64,000 nt of DNA from Vicugna vicugna (lineage: Eukaryota). A program made the position numbers and the translations under genes. The first letter of the stretch is position 1. Every line of letters begins with the position of its first letter. The notes under the pieces are model-generated. The model worked only from the letters and a program-made list of their open reading frames with translations. It was not told the DNA's origin and did no database searches. Below, piece after piece: positions 24,488 through 35,990 of this stretch. The DNA is taken from NCBI GenBank assembly GCA_013265495.1, contig MU058384.1:2481690-2545689 (forward strand), written 5' to 3'.

Positions 24488-26830
24488 GAGCAAGAATGGG
24501 AACCTCCCAGGTGATGTGGGGAGATGTGCAGCACATGGCTGTAGGAATCCTGGCAGGTACCCTGCGCTGCCCTGTCCGTAGTTCCTGCTCAGGGTTTGCG
24601 CTGTGGGCCTGACACGGCCAGCCCTGCGGCGGAAGGGGAGGGCTTAGGACTTAACTTGGCACTTGCCCTGTGGCTAAAAAGCAAGTAGAAGCTTAACTTC
24701 TGAAGGTGCTTCCTGGGGAAGATTTTTTTTTTTTCTAAATGCTGGGTGGGCGTGGAGGGGGTGTGTGTGTGCATTTGAAACGCTTTTTATGTAAAAAAAA
24801 AAAAATACACACATACACACAAACAGCATGTACAGAAACGAGAGACAGAGTTAAGCTAGGGAGAGTAATGGGATCTTCTGGATGAGGTGGTAATTGCTTT
24901 AAAAGTATTATGTTTATGGAAATTAGTGAGTTCCAGAAGGGAGAGGACCATTACTTATAAGAAAGAGGTGGTTGATTTGCTGGTTCTGAATGCACAGAAC
25001 AGGTGCGGATATGTACAGGTGTGCTTTCGAGGTGAGCCGTGTGGTGGTGAACCCCAAAAGCTGGGAAAGGGCTAAGTGAGTAATTGGTTCAGGTACTTTT
25101 TTCTGGGGAAAAAAGGCTTTGTTTCTTTTTTGTAAAAATGACAGACATGTGGCGGTGGCAATGCTGTGACAGAGTCCGCTGCTGTGCAGCCACAGACACA
25201 GAACTTTCAGCCTGATTTGTAGAAATGTGGGTAATTTTTTTTCATGACTTTCCTCCAGGAGTAGCAGCTGAGACCTCCTTTGAGAACTGAAATGCCGGTG
25301 TGCACATACAGAGAGGGTAAGAGAGGAGAGAGTAGGGGAGAGGACTGAGTGATACACTGCTGGAATTTGTTTCCTGCTTATTAAATAAAATTATTTTTCA
25401 AAATTAAATTTAAAAACTTGCACTACAGAACTGTGGGTTGAGCTTTTCCTTTTACACCTCTTTTTTTTTTTTTTAACTAGAGTTTAAACTTCCATTTGGC
25501 AATTTCTTATCACTTGAAATGTCAACATTTGCTAACTTTTGGATATCCTTTTGGTTACACCAAAGAAAAAATTATGGCTATTTTTCCTTGAACTGCCTGC
25601 AGTATCATGTCCTCATTTAGAAAGGTCTATCAAAATCTGTTATATATTCTCTTACTTTGAAGAAAATGCTGAATAGCTCTTATTAGTCAAATAAACAAAA
25701 ACTGGCAGGGCTTCGCTATTAATTAGCCCTGGGAAATGAGTTTCTAGATTAAAAAGATTTTTTTTTGCATCATTTGGTTTGTGTGTTTTTATATTTTTTA
25801 ATAAATAATTGAATTGGCTAATTACCTTCTAATCTTAGCCAATTAGAATTTTAACACTTTTAGACATGGAAGAAAAGTGTGTAAAGTATTTATTTTTATG
25901 TGATATTCTTGTGACCCCCTTCCCCCACTTCCTCCCAACTGCCATGTACATAGACTCTTTCATTTGTTGGTTAAATAAAATCAGAATTCTGTCTCCTCCA
26001 TCAGAAGGACCTAAGATGAGAATACTGAGATTATTGGCCTAAACCCAATGCAGCTGCCAATTGTCATCTTTTCTGGTATGAAAATATCTAAAAGTTGGAC
26101 TGCACAGGTGCAATCATCATAAGGTTTATACAATAAAACATTAGATACTCATTTTAGACACATCTTTGAGACAAAAACAAACCTAAGGAATTAAGACTCC
26201 TTCCGTTCTCTGAAGAAAACAAATCATGTCTTTTCACACAACCAGAGATCAAGACCTGCCATTTGGCCAAGGGCAAAAGGACTTTCTACCATTTGGAGCA
26301 AGTGCCTGCTACATGGGGCACAAGAAGCTTTTCTTCTAAATTTTAGAAAAAGTGGTGTTGGCTTTTGAATATGAAATCTTATCATGGCTACCTAAAAAAG
26401 ATTAGAATGTACATGGATATCAAATTTAATATATAAATCGTTTATTTTGAAGGTAAGATATGCACCCTCAAAACTAATTATAAAACTTTTTTTAAAATCT
26501 CCATTTTTTTAAAGGAAAAAAATATTAGGTTTTTAAATTTGCTTTGAATAAAACAGTTGTAAAGGAAACATTTGAACCATTTCTGTTGTTGTTTGTACAT
26601 GCATTTCTGAATGATGAGATCGGTCTTGTACAGAACTGTTGAGTGTTTTCCTGGATACAAACAGAACAGCAGTGACGACCAGAAGGTGCCTGTGGGAGGT
26701 GGGGACCCAACAGAGAGGAGATAGAACATCACAGACTTTGTGGATGGTCCGTCTAAAAGGACATACGGAAAAGCAACTCTATATAATGTCCTATGGACTT
26801 TTGAATAAAATCCCAATAATGTATTGACTG
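24488..26830 (+). other. NHSL1: NHSL1 3' UTR (end inferred)
   Basis: Follows the stop codon, is free of interspersed repeats, U-rich, with several AATAAA. The end is placed just after the AATAAA at 26804 by inference. Confidence 0.6.
26804..26809 (+). terminator. Candidate distal polyadenylation signal of NHSL1
   Basis: AATAAA, last of a series (others include 25384, 25974, 26132, 26547). Which one is used cannot be told from the sequence. Confidence 0.45.
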
Positions 26831-27884
26831 AGAGTTCAGATGATGTGACATGTGGAGAGATGCAAGAACATTTCACAGCATGGATGAAATACAGGGAGAC
26901 AAGAATCTAGACTCATCCCTGAACCACATCGCATCTTCAGCTTTGCTACTTTATTCTTCTGTGGGGCTTGTTCCTGTTAAAGAACCAAATGATATTTAAA
27001 AACTCAAAGAGTGTAGACTCAATGACCCTTCCTTATAGCCTGAGACATTAGGCACCAGAGAGTCATAGACAGAAGCCCCATGGCTAAGCTAGTTCCACCT
27101 TATTTTTTCTAAGAGTTGGGCAAGAAACAGGACCATTTGGTCTGTCCATTGGAAACAGCCTCAACTCATCTGATTTCTGCTCTCCTATTTCTGAAGACTG
27201 TTGATTGAAACTGTTGCTTCTCATGTGGGGATGAGAGTATATTTGTTTGGGGACTCAATGACAAAGAAAGAAAAGGAGGCATTTCTATATCTTCATCTTA
27301 TTCCCTGTCCAACACCATGCCCAGCTCTGGGGTGGGCATCCCAGGAGGACAGAGGAAACAGGATTGGCTTCATGGGTTCTGCCTTAATGTATTTCCAGCG
27401 CATTAATTGTAGGTGAGTCATTGTTTATACTGCTGAGATTCCATCATGAAATGAGCACCATAGGATAATTTACTTTCATAGACATTAGAATATTGTTTGG
27501 GGGTGGGGAGGGCAGGGAAGGAGGGTCTTTGGAATAAAACATGGACCTGATTCTTGAGGTCCTTATTCAGTTACTGTGACATAGTTTGTTTCAGTGATCT
27601 GCTCTAAACTACCTTCCACACAGGCCAGCCTTTATTCCCAGAACAAGGACTAGAGCAATCTCTAGTCATTTGTTCAGCATTGAAAAAAAGCCCTTTATTA
27701 AATACTTCTTACGTGCTAGGTAAGGATAAGAGAGTTCGAAGACAGAAAAATGTGGATGAGAGATCACTAAGTTGCCTGAAACCTAGTGAAAAAGACAGTG
27801 AACTAGCCTATAATACATATAGCAGCATCAGAGTACAGAAAAGGAAGAACACTGGGCAGACCCTGCTCCCCACCCACCCCTAAT

Positions 27885-28265
27885 CGAGTTCTCCTTTACC
27901 AACAGAACACCTGGAATTGATTCAGGCTGGTAATGCACCAACTAAAACACTAGACCACATCTCTTACCCCCCATCCCCACCCACCATAGTCAAGGGCCGT
28001 ATGTGTGGCAGTTTTGGCCAATGAGACATGGGCAGTAGTCTGGGAATTTCCAGGAATGTTGCTTTCCTTATATGGGTGCCATCCCCTTCCTCCTTGTATC
28101 CGTAGAATGGATGGGAGGCTGGAGGAGAAACAGTACCCTCGTACCCTTTGAGGCGCCAGTAAGGATGGAAGCCACATGCTGTGGAAGGCAGAGGAGAAAG
28201 GAGCCTGATCCGCTGATAGCACGGAGTCACTGCACCAGCCTTGGGCTGTCTACCCCCAGACCCAC
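27885..28265. mobile_element. Old MLT1-family MaLR LTR fragment
   Basis: gtggcagttttggccaatgagacatgggcagtagtctgggaatttccaggaatgttgctttcc...aggagcctgatccgctgat. Confidence 0.55.
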
Positions 28266-28309
28266 TGGGTAAGTCGTTTTCACATGCTTTGCAGTTGGGT
28301 GATGGAGAT

Positions 28310-29215
28310 GTCAGAGGAAGGTAAGAGAGGAGTTGGCTGTGGTGAACCTGAGCCAACTGTGCAGACGAGGAGGGTTTTGCCAGGCAAGGGAAGCTGGCAA
28401 ACGACAGGCATTCCAAACAGGGGATAGCATGAGCAGAGGCACAGAAGCAAAGTGTCAAGAGGAAACCAAGGAGTTAAACTAGGAAGTCTCTAGAAAAACA
28501 TAGTGGGGACTGAGACTGGAAAGGTCGTCTCGGGCAGGAATGTAGAAGACCCAGAATGTCGTCCCAAGTAATTTGGGGTTTGTTTTGTAGTATTGGGAAA
28601 CAAGGAAGGTTTTACTGATGTGACCTGGCTTGGTTCTTAGCCTTCTTCTCAAGCTATCCTTTCCCTTGGTGACTGCATCTAATCCCATAGTATGACATTA
28701 ATATTATATATTCTGGTAATTCCCGAGTGTCTCCTGTCCTGACTTCATCCATGAACCCCAGATTAGTATATCAACTGTCTACTCAGAATCTGCATTTAGA
28801 GGTGTTTTGAACTTAAACATATCCAATTCTTTACCTTATCAGTGGGTGTTACCATTCACACAAGGGCTCAGGCTCCAAGACCAGGCTCATCCTCGTGGTC
28901 TCTCTTTTCACCCCCACATCGAAACCAAAAGCTAGTCACAGCAACGATGTTGCCAAAATGTATCACAAATCCAGTTACTTCTCACCAGTTCCAATGCTCC
29001 CTCTCAGGTCCAGACTGTTATCTCTTGACCAGACCACTGTAGAGGCCTCCCAGCTGGTCTTCTTGCCTTTACTGTGCATCTTAAACCACCCTCACTTCAC
29101 CATACAAAGGCAGCTTTAGAAACAATTCATAGCACGTCCCTGCTTGAAACCCTCTGAAGATGATGTGACCATTGGAATAGGATTTTAACTCCTTGCTGTG
29201 GCCTTTAAGATCTGC
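28310..29215. mobile_element. L2 fragments in opposite orientations (about 28310-28630 antisense, 28650-29215 sense)
   Basis: ggcattccaaacagggatagcatgagcagaggcacag, and tatatcaactgtctactcagaatctgcatttag...gaacttaaacatatccaa. Confidence 0.55.
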
Positions 29216-29333
29216 CACTATTCCCTCTCACTCAAGATTTGGCCTCATTCTCCTTCCTTCTGTCCCTGGACAGATGTTACTTTTGGCCTTAGAGCCTTAT
29301 TTTAGATATTAAGAAGGAAGGTGCCCGTATTTC

Positions 29334-32099
29334 TATGCTGGTTTAGGTTCCTCAGGAAGGAGACACTGTAACACATTTGAAAAGGAAGAAAGGGTGGAGG
29401 GTGGGTCAGGGAGAGTGCTCACCCTGCAGTGCTGATCTGAGTCCACCTGCTGGGGAACTCTGGGGAAAAGATCACTCCTTAGAGAAGTCCTGTGTTGGAC
29501 AGAAACAGCTCGATCCTTTCCCAGGCCTTGCTTGGCTTTTGGCAAGAGGCCACCCTGAGAAGAGCATGCCCTCAGTTTCATAGCTTAGCGAAGTCGTTGG
29601 CCACCAACCCTTCCTGCCTTAAGTATAGTGTGGTCTCAGCTTGAAAGCTAAGGTGGACCCTGGGAAAGCCAACAGTTGGAGGCTGTCAGCTCAGCACACT
29701 TCCTGCAGCTACATGGCAAGTCTTTTCTCAAAGGGGGATCTAAGTGGCATATCCCCATGCTTGCCACACTCCACCCCTTGCACTGTACAGATCCGCTTCC
29801 CCATAAACACGTGGAAAGCAACTCCTCCAAGGGCCCTGGTGGACTTCTCTTCCTGAGCAGAAGTTGTAAATGAAGAGTTTGGTGGGACCAACTACAGCAC
29901 CTTCCTGAACGTAGTCTCCAGGCCACAGCCGGTCCTCCTCAGCCCCCTCCTCCACTCTAAATTCCTTTCACCCTCACCTCGCATCTCTGCTGGTCTTAAG
30001 GGCTTTCCTGATGGTGTGAACCAAGCTCTTGTTCCTGAGGGGCCTGGGATCCTGGGAGCCGAACCCTTCTCAGACCAGGGCCGCTACACTTGTCCATTCA
30101 AGTTACAACTGAGCAAGGAGTACAAAGGGCGCCCCTGAACTGAACTGTGCCCCCCATCCCAAATCTATATGTTGAAGCCCTAGCACCCAAGATGATGGTA
30201 TTTGGAGACGGGGCCTTTGGTAAGTAATTTGGCTTATGAGAGTGGAGTCTCCAAGATGGGAGCAGTGTCCTTACAAGAAGAAAGAGACCAGCGCTCTCTC
30301 TCCCTCTCCGTCATGTGAGGACACAGGAGGTAGACCTCCTCAGGCACTGACTCAGCCAGCATCTTGATCTTAGAATTCCCAGCCTCCAGAACTTGAGAAA
30401 TAAATGTCTGTGGTCTAAGCCACACAGGCTGGTCTTCTGTTAGAGCAGCCCCAAAGGACTAAGTCAAAAATCCCCTGAGGGGCCTTCCTGCCTCATGTGA
30501 CAGACTTACTCCAGCATGCCCCTCCACCCGCCTTTTCCTTCCTTCCTCTATTTCCTCTCCCAACACTTCAGGCATTTCAATATTTCTATCAGATTTTTTC
30601 AGACTGCTAGGAGCATCCCTAAGTGTCCCCTGGGGTTTCTCTCCCTTTCATCCCTAAGGATCTAACATCCCTAAAGGTGTTAAATCCTGTATCCTGAGCC
30701 ATATCCCCAAGTCAATAAACATTCCTTTATCCAGTCTTGTGTTCTGGCACCTATGACTGAGCACCTTCAGAACGGAGTCCCAAGGGTCCTCTCCCGGCCC
30801 CTGCCAGTACACGTTGGCTAGGCTGCAACCTTGGCACATCGTCCATTTCTTCCTTCGTCAGGCCCAGCATGGCCTCCCCGAGGTTATGCTGTGACTTAAC
30901 CTTGGGTAAATGCCTGGTAGCTAGGAGATGGGGTGCAGACAGCTCCTAGGGCCCCTGTTGCCTTATGGGGGAAAGACTTCTATATTGTCTTTGTTCGTGT
31001 TAGGGTGGGAGTGGAGACAAGAGGGTAGTTTCAGCTCTTAATGGGGGGAGGATGGGCCTCTTCTGCAGGCCTAGAATGTTCAGAAACTTCTAGGGAATCA
31101 AAACTGTTGAGGGCATCCGCTACGTGTCCCCATTTTCTGTTCCAGGTTTGGTCCTGACCTTGACATGACAAATCAGGCTTGGCTGAACCTTTGTTCTTGG
31201 TTATTACTTTTCCCTTCCAGTCCTGTGCTTGCCTTCTGCATGAGGGGAGGACTTCCTAGGAAGCTACCCAAGAAGCTCTCGCCCTCACAATTAGTTTAAA
31301 ATTCTTTGTTAATTGACCTTAGCTTTTTTTTTTTTCATTATCCACCTGCAGGACAACAATCCAGCTAAGTAATAACCATGCAAGTCCACTGTCCTTGTAT
31401 TCATCCACCACACCCCCAATTTTTAAAACACCTGAATCATTCACCAGTCATCGCATTCCTTCTAAGTTGCCGTTTCGACTAAAGTTTTAATAACTAGACA
31501 GCCTACTTGTGCCAGGAGCTGTCTACATGTGCCCTGTCCACCAGGGACGGGGGCTTCCTAACCAGCCAGGCAGTGAGTGACTGACCTAGTTCCAAAATGC
31601 TGTCTTACTACCCATGATCTTGGGCCACTGTGATACCAGTTGTGCCAGTTCGATACTGAGACAGAGTTGGGAGTACAGAAGATGTCTGGTGAAGTCACAT
31701 CTCTGAAAGGAAAAGGGAAAACAGGATTGGGCAGGGTAGCTATCGGATGGCAACACAGATCTGATGAAGCCTCTGCCAGCCCACCAGGGAGCTCCAGGGC
31801 CAAGACTGTTTATAAGAAGGATCCTGAGTCAGACAGAAATGGCTAAGTCCTTGTGCCATCACCTTGCTCAGTCTTTGGCTTGCAGATGCCAAAACAAAGC
31901 ACACTGTCAACTCCCACTGCCTCACTCTGTTGTAACCTAGGGACCCTCTGAGAATAGTGTGTCTTCATCTCGAAGTCTGCAGTGGATCCTGCAGAAAGTA
32001 CCAGCTGGAGACATCAGCTTCCCCCACCCCTCACAGCTGGGCAGCGGTGCTCTTGTGAAGGTGGATCTGAGTGGCACACCTCCATGCTTGCCTGCCACG
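29334..32099 (-). mobile_element. Degenerate ERVL-class provirus (LTR16-like LTRs) with both LTRs
   Basis: Homologous direct repeats at 29334-29768 and 31641-32099 (ggatctaagtggcatatccccatgcttgcc versus ggatctgagtggcacacctccatgcttgcc). PBS-like TGGTATCACAGTGG at 31625-31638. PPT AAGGGGTGGAG at 29769-29779. Gag-like remnant YWQGPGEDPWDSVLKVL...LDKGMFIDLG in ORF 30654..30839. Confidence 0.75.
30130..30466 (+). mobile_element. MLT1A/B-like MaLR solo LTR nested in the ERVL internal region
   Basis: tgaactgtgccccc...tatatgttgaagccctagcacccaagatgatggtatttggagacggggcctttgg...cagcctccagaacttgagaaataaatgtctgt...gactaagtca resembles the MLT1A consensus. Confidence 0.8.
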
Positions 32100-33435
32100 A
32101 CTCCAAAGCCCAGAAAAGATATGACCATTCTTTGGCCACAATCACAAATAAGCGCCAGAAGTGATTCATGACCTCTTCGCTTCAGTAACCTCGCCTCCAA
32201 ACCAGGTGTCTAAATCACACTCATCAGCAGCGGCCTCGCTCTGGTAACCTCACCTCCTCAACTAAAGCACCATCAGTTTCTAAGTGACCCTGAAAGTCCA
32301 CTAATCCTTGAACCTTGCGCTTCCTTAAACCCTGTGCAAGGTCAGCAGTTCTCTTTGTCCAGAGAGACTGTGTCCTGCAAGCGCAGCTCTCCTGGCTCAG
32401 CAAACAGTCCATGCAGCTTTGTTCTCGATACTGAAGGTGGCCTCTTCCTTTGACGCAGTCACCCCTGCTCAGAATGCTTCCCCCACCCGCCAGGCTGTCA
32501 TCTGAGTGGCTTCTTCTCAGCACTCAGTTCTCAAATGTCTCTTCCTCAGGGAGGACTTGCCTGACCCCCCATGTGATGTGATGTCCACCACACTCTGCCC
32601 AGCCACAGTCTACCTCATTGCCCTTTTTCATTGGTGTTTGCACCCTCTCACTCTCTAGAGTGTACACTCTGTAAGATGGAGATGACACAAGGTGGCACAG
32701 AGGGTTGTTCTGAGGGTTGAATGTGGGAATTCAGGTGAAATGCTCAGAAGGGTGCACCCAGAAGGCAACCCATCCATGTGAGCTATGGAAACCACTAACT
32801 GTAGGTATGTTGGTCTGTTGTGTCCAGGTTAGGGAGATTCATTTTAATAGATACCATATAACGTCAGGACTAAAAGGACCTTGAGCATCATCTGGCCCCA
32901 TCCTTTCATCCACTGGATTCAAATCTCCCATGTAAGTGATCACATGGTCCCTGCTTGAACACACACAATGATGGGAAAGGGAAGTAGTGTCATTCGTGGG
33001 CATCTTTGCCTGTTGGGAAGTTACTAAGCTCCAACCTGCTTTTCTCCTCTGTACCTACAACCGCCATCCCCTAGGAGCCCACAATAAAGCTCAGGTCCTG
33101 CCCATGACAGGCTTCCAGGCACTATCGTGATGTTGTCCTCTCCAGGACAGGTGCGTTCCAATACAATTGGGTCAGCATTTCAAGCACCTTGATTTTGCAG
33201 CAACCCTCTCTTTGAATAACTAATCATTTTTATATGACCTACAGAAACACTGCATACAATACTTTAAAAATTCAAGTGAATTTTAAAGTTGATTGTTTGT
33301 ATACATTTCTTTGGGGGAAAAAATGTCTTTCTTGAGTGTCAAAACAAAGTAGGAAGTCCCTAACTTCATAAATGTATTCCTTGTCATGAAATATTGTCAA
33401 CACTCTTGGGTATTGGGAGATAAATCTTTAACATT

Positions 33436-33441
33436 TTTATT
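33436..33441 (-). terminator. Candidate proximal polyadenylation signal of HEBP2
   Basis: tttatt on the + strand is AATAAA on the - strand, about 320 nt after the HEBP2 stop. Confidence 0.5.
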
Positions 33442-33760
33442 GATAATATCCTGAGGTGGGTAACATCCAATTGACACAAATCCAAGCAGAGAAAAGGCAA
33501 CGTGATTGTGATACAGTGAAGAAACGGGAAGTAATGTGTTTCCCTGGAGCCTCATAGAAATAAAGACCAACTTACATGTTTATAGAATACTGTCCCTGTT
33601 ATCTGTGTATCTAAAGCTTCAAGCATTAAAAAGGCACAATGGAGATAAGCTTAATTCATAGCAGTACTCTCGGGTAGAGATGCCAGACACATTTCACTTG
33701 TAGGTAACGTTGATGTCTATCTTAAACAGAAGTTTTGTGATGAACGTTCCTCTCATTTTC

Positions 33761-33959
33761 TCATTCCTTTTCTTTGGAGGGTTCATTTTTCTGAATCAGC
33801 CATACTTCATTATTTCTATCAAGCAATTTGAAAGGACTGTTGTAGCCTGCAGTGTAGTAAACCTTCTCATCGAAAACTTTTCCTTCTTCCCTCAAAATGC
33901 TTGCTAATGTCAAGAGCTGTTCTTGATTCTTTTGGCCACTAGAGAATCCATCGAAAGAC
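33761..33959 (-). CDS. HEBP2: Heme-binding protein 2 (SOUL), exon 4 to stop
   Basis: Acceptor cctttgtag|G. Encodes SFDGFSSGQKNQEQLLTLASILREEGKVFDEKVYYTAGYNSPFKLLDRNNEVWLIQKNEPSKEKE*. The four exons total 618 nt, or 205 aa plus stop. Confidence 0.97.
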
Positions 33960-34217
33960 CTACAAAGGAGAAAGTAAATGACCATGAATGAGTTTCATAC
34001 GGAACGTCTGTCTAAGAAGAAAAACAAGAGCTGATACAACAAAACCTGGAAGGAGCGCCGTTTCAAAGCTCCTCCCTCTTGGCAGCTGAACTGACCATTC
34101 CCTTCCTCTGGGTCCCAGGCTTAGTGTGATCTCACACACACTGGGGGGACCCAGGAGGAGGCGTACGTCCCATTTGTTGGGTAGATTTGGAATTTCCACC
34201 ATCTCATGCTCTAACTC

Positions 34218-34361
34218 CGTGCTTCTCAAACTCTAATGTGCACACGAGTCACCTGGGAATTTGCTAAAATGCTGATTCAGGAGGTCTGGGCTGGGGCCTG
34301 AGAGCCTGCATTTCTAACAACCTCTGGATAATGCTGATGCTCTTGGTCAGAGGACCACATG
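34218..34361. mobile_element. MER5A-like hAT-Charlie DNA transposon
   Basis: gtgcttctcaaactctaatgtgcacacgagtcacctggg...ggtctgggctggggcctgagagcctgcatttctaacaa...tgctgatgct...ggaccaca. Confidence 0.8.
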
Positions 34362-35859
34362 AAAACTCCCTTTGCAGACTCCCTTCCAGATTTTTCATTC
34401 TGTATCGAATATTTCCCCTTTTCTTATTCTCCTTGGAGAAAGGACAGGCACTGTATTACAGGTGAATGTAATATAGTTTGGGCCCCATGAACTTACAGTC
34501 TAATGGAAGAGATGGACATTCTCTAGACAGCCTGAGAAGAGTTTTAACAGAGGCAGAAGCAAAGTGCTTGGGAACACTGAGGATATGAGTAAACCGGGGG
34601 TAAGGTGTGTCTCTGAGTTGGGTCTGGAGAAGATGGTTTTGCTGGACAGAGAAAGTGGGGTTGGGGGGATAAGAAAGGAACAAATGTCTAAAAATACAAA
34701 GCATTTTCATAGTGAGGCATAAAATGAGGTCAGAAAGGTGAGTCACAGCCAGATGGAAGAACCTTATATATCATCCTAAGGCCTTTTGAGATTATTCCAA
34801 AGGATGTTGAGCAGAAAAGTAACTCAGTCAGTTCTGAGTAAAAATATAGGCAAAGAGATGGGAACTAGTTTGCAGAGAAGGAGCCAGTTAGCAAGTTACT
34901 ACAAGGCTGGGGATGAAAAGATAGTCAAAAGATTTAAATAAAAAGTGGGAAAATAAAAGTTTAAGTATAGATTTTAAGGAAGATAAACAAAAATACCCCG
35001 AGATTAAATCATGACAGCACACTGACTTAGCTGAGCTGCTGACATGTAAACATGATGAATTTGAAGATTAAGAACAGGAAAAACAGAAACAGAAACATTC
35101 CTAATATGCCTTCTTTAGCACAAGATTTATTATCAATGTGCCAAAGGACAAGATCATTCCTACCATTCTTCAGATAAGATGTAAGCTCCCAAAGGTACAA
35201 ACCATTGTGCCTCTTCTATTCAACAATGTCTCCCAGACATCTAGAATCATTCCTGGCATGCAGAGCCTTTTAAATTCCAGTTGAGTAAGTATAGGGTACT
35301 ACGTATATAAAGTAAAACGTTGAAGATAAGTGGTCAAAACCGTTCTATAATTTTCATCATGTTGACTGATAATGATAATTCTGAACCATATGTTAAGAAA
35401 CATTTTGGCTTCCAAATTTACTATTTATGTCCTTAAGGAATAGCCAACTCTTAGTATGTTCTGCCTAAAGGGAATCTGTTTCAGACCCCACTTCTTCCCT
35501 GAAATCAAATACTAAGCCTCTTACTTAGAAATCATCTTTGTCCTCTGAATACATGTTGTTCTGCAATGATCTCTCCATGGCTTTTTTTCAGGAAACAAAC
35601 ATATGTTGAGCCTCCCTCTCTGCATGTTAGGAGCTGAAGGATGTGGACAGAGTAACATGTTGCTATATTCCTGGGGAAGTTACAGCCTATAAATAGGTCA
35701 TTAGAATTTAAATAATAGGACAGAGTGGCTGGCTGACTGGAGAAACCGAGGAAGGCATCACAGACATGGTGCCATTGGATCTAAGTCCTGAAGGATGAAA
35801 ATGGGCTCTCCAGAAAGAGAAAAAAGAGGGGGCTAGAGCTGGTAGTAATACCATGTTCA

Positions 35860-35990
35860 AGTATTTTGCATAAATTAACTCATGTGATCCTCATGGCAAC
35901 CCTATGAGAGACGTAGGTACTATGATCACACGTATTTTACAGATGAGATTTTTGGCAAGGAAAGTCTGAGTAACCTGCCTGAGGTCAAAG
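35860..35990 (-). mobile_element. MIR fragment
   Basis: ttaactcatgtgatcctcatggcaaccctatgagagacgtaggtactatgatcacacgtattttacagatgag...gtaacctgcctgaggtca. Confidence 0.7.
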
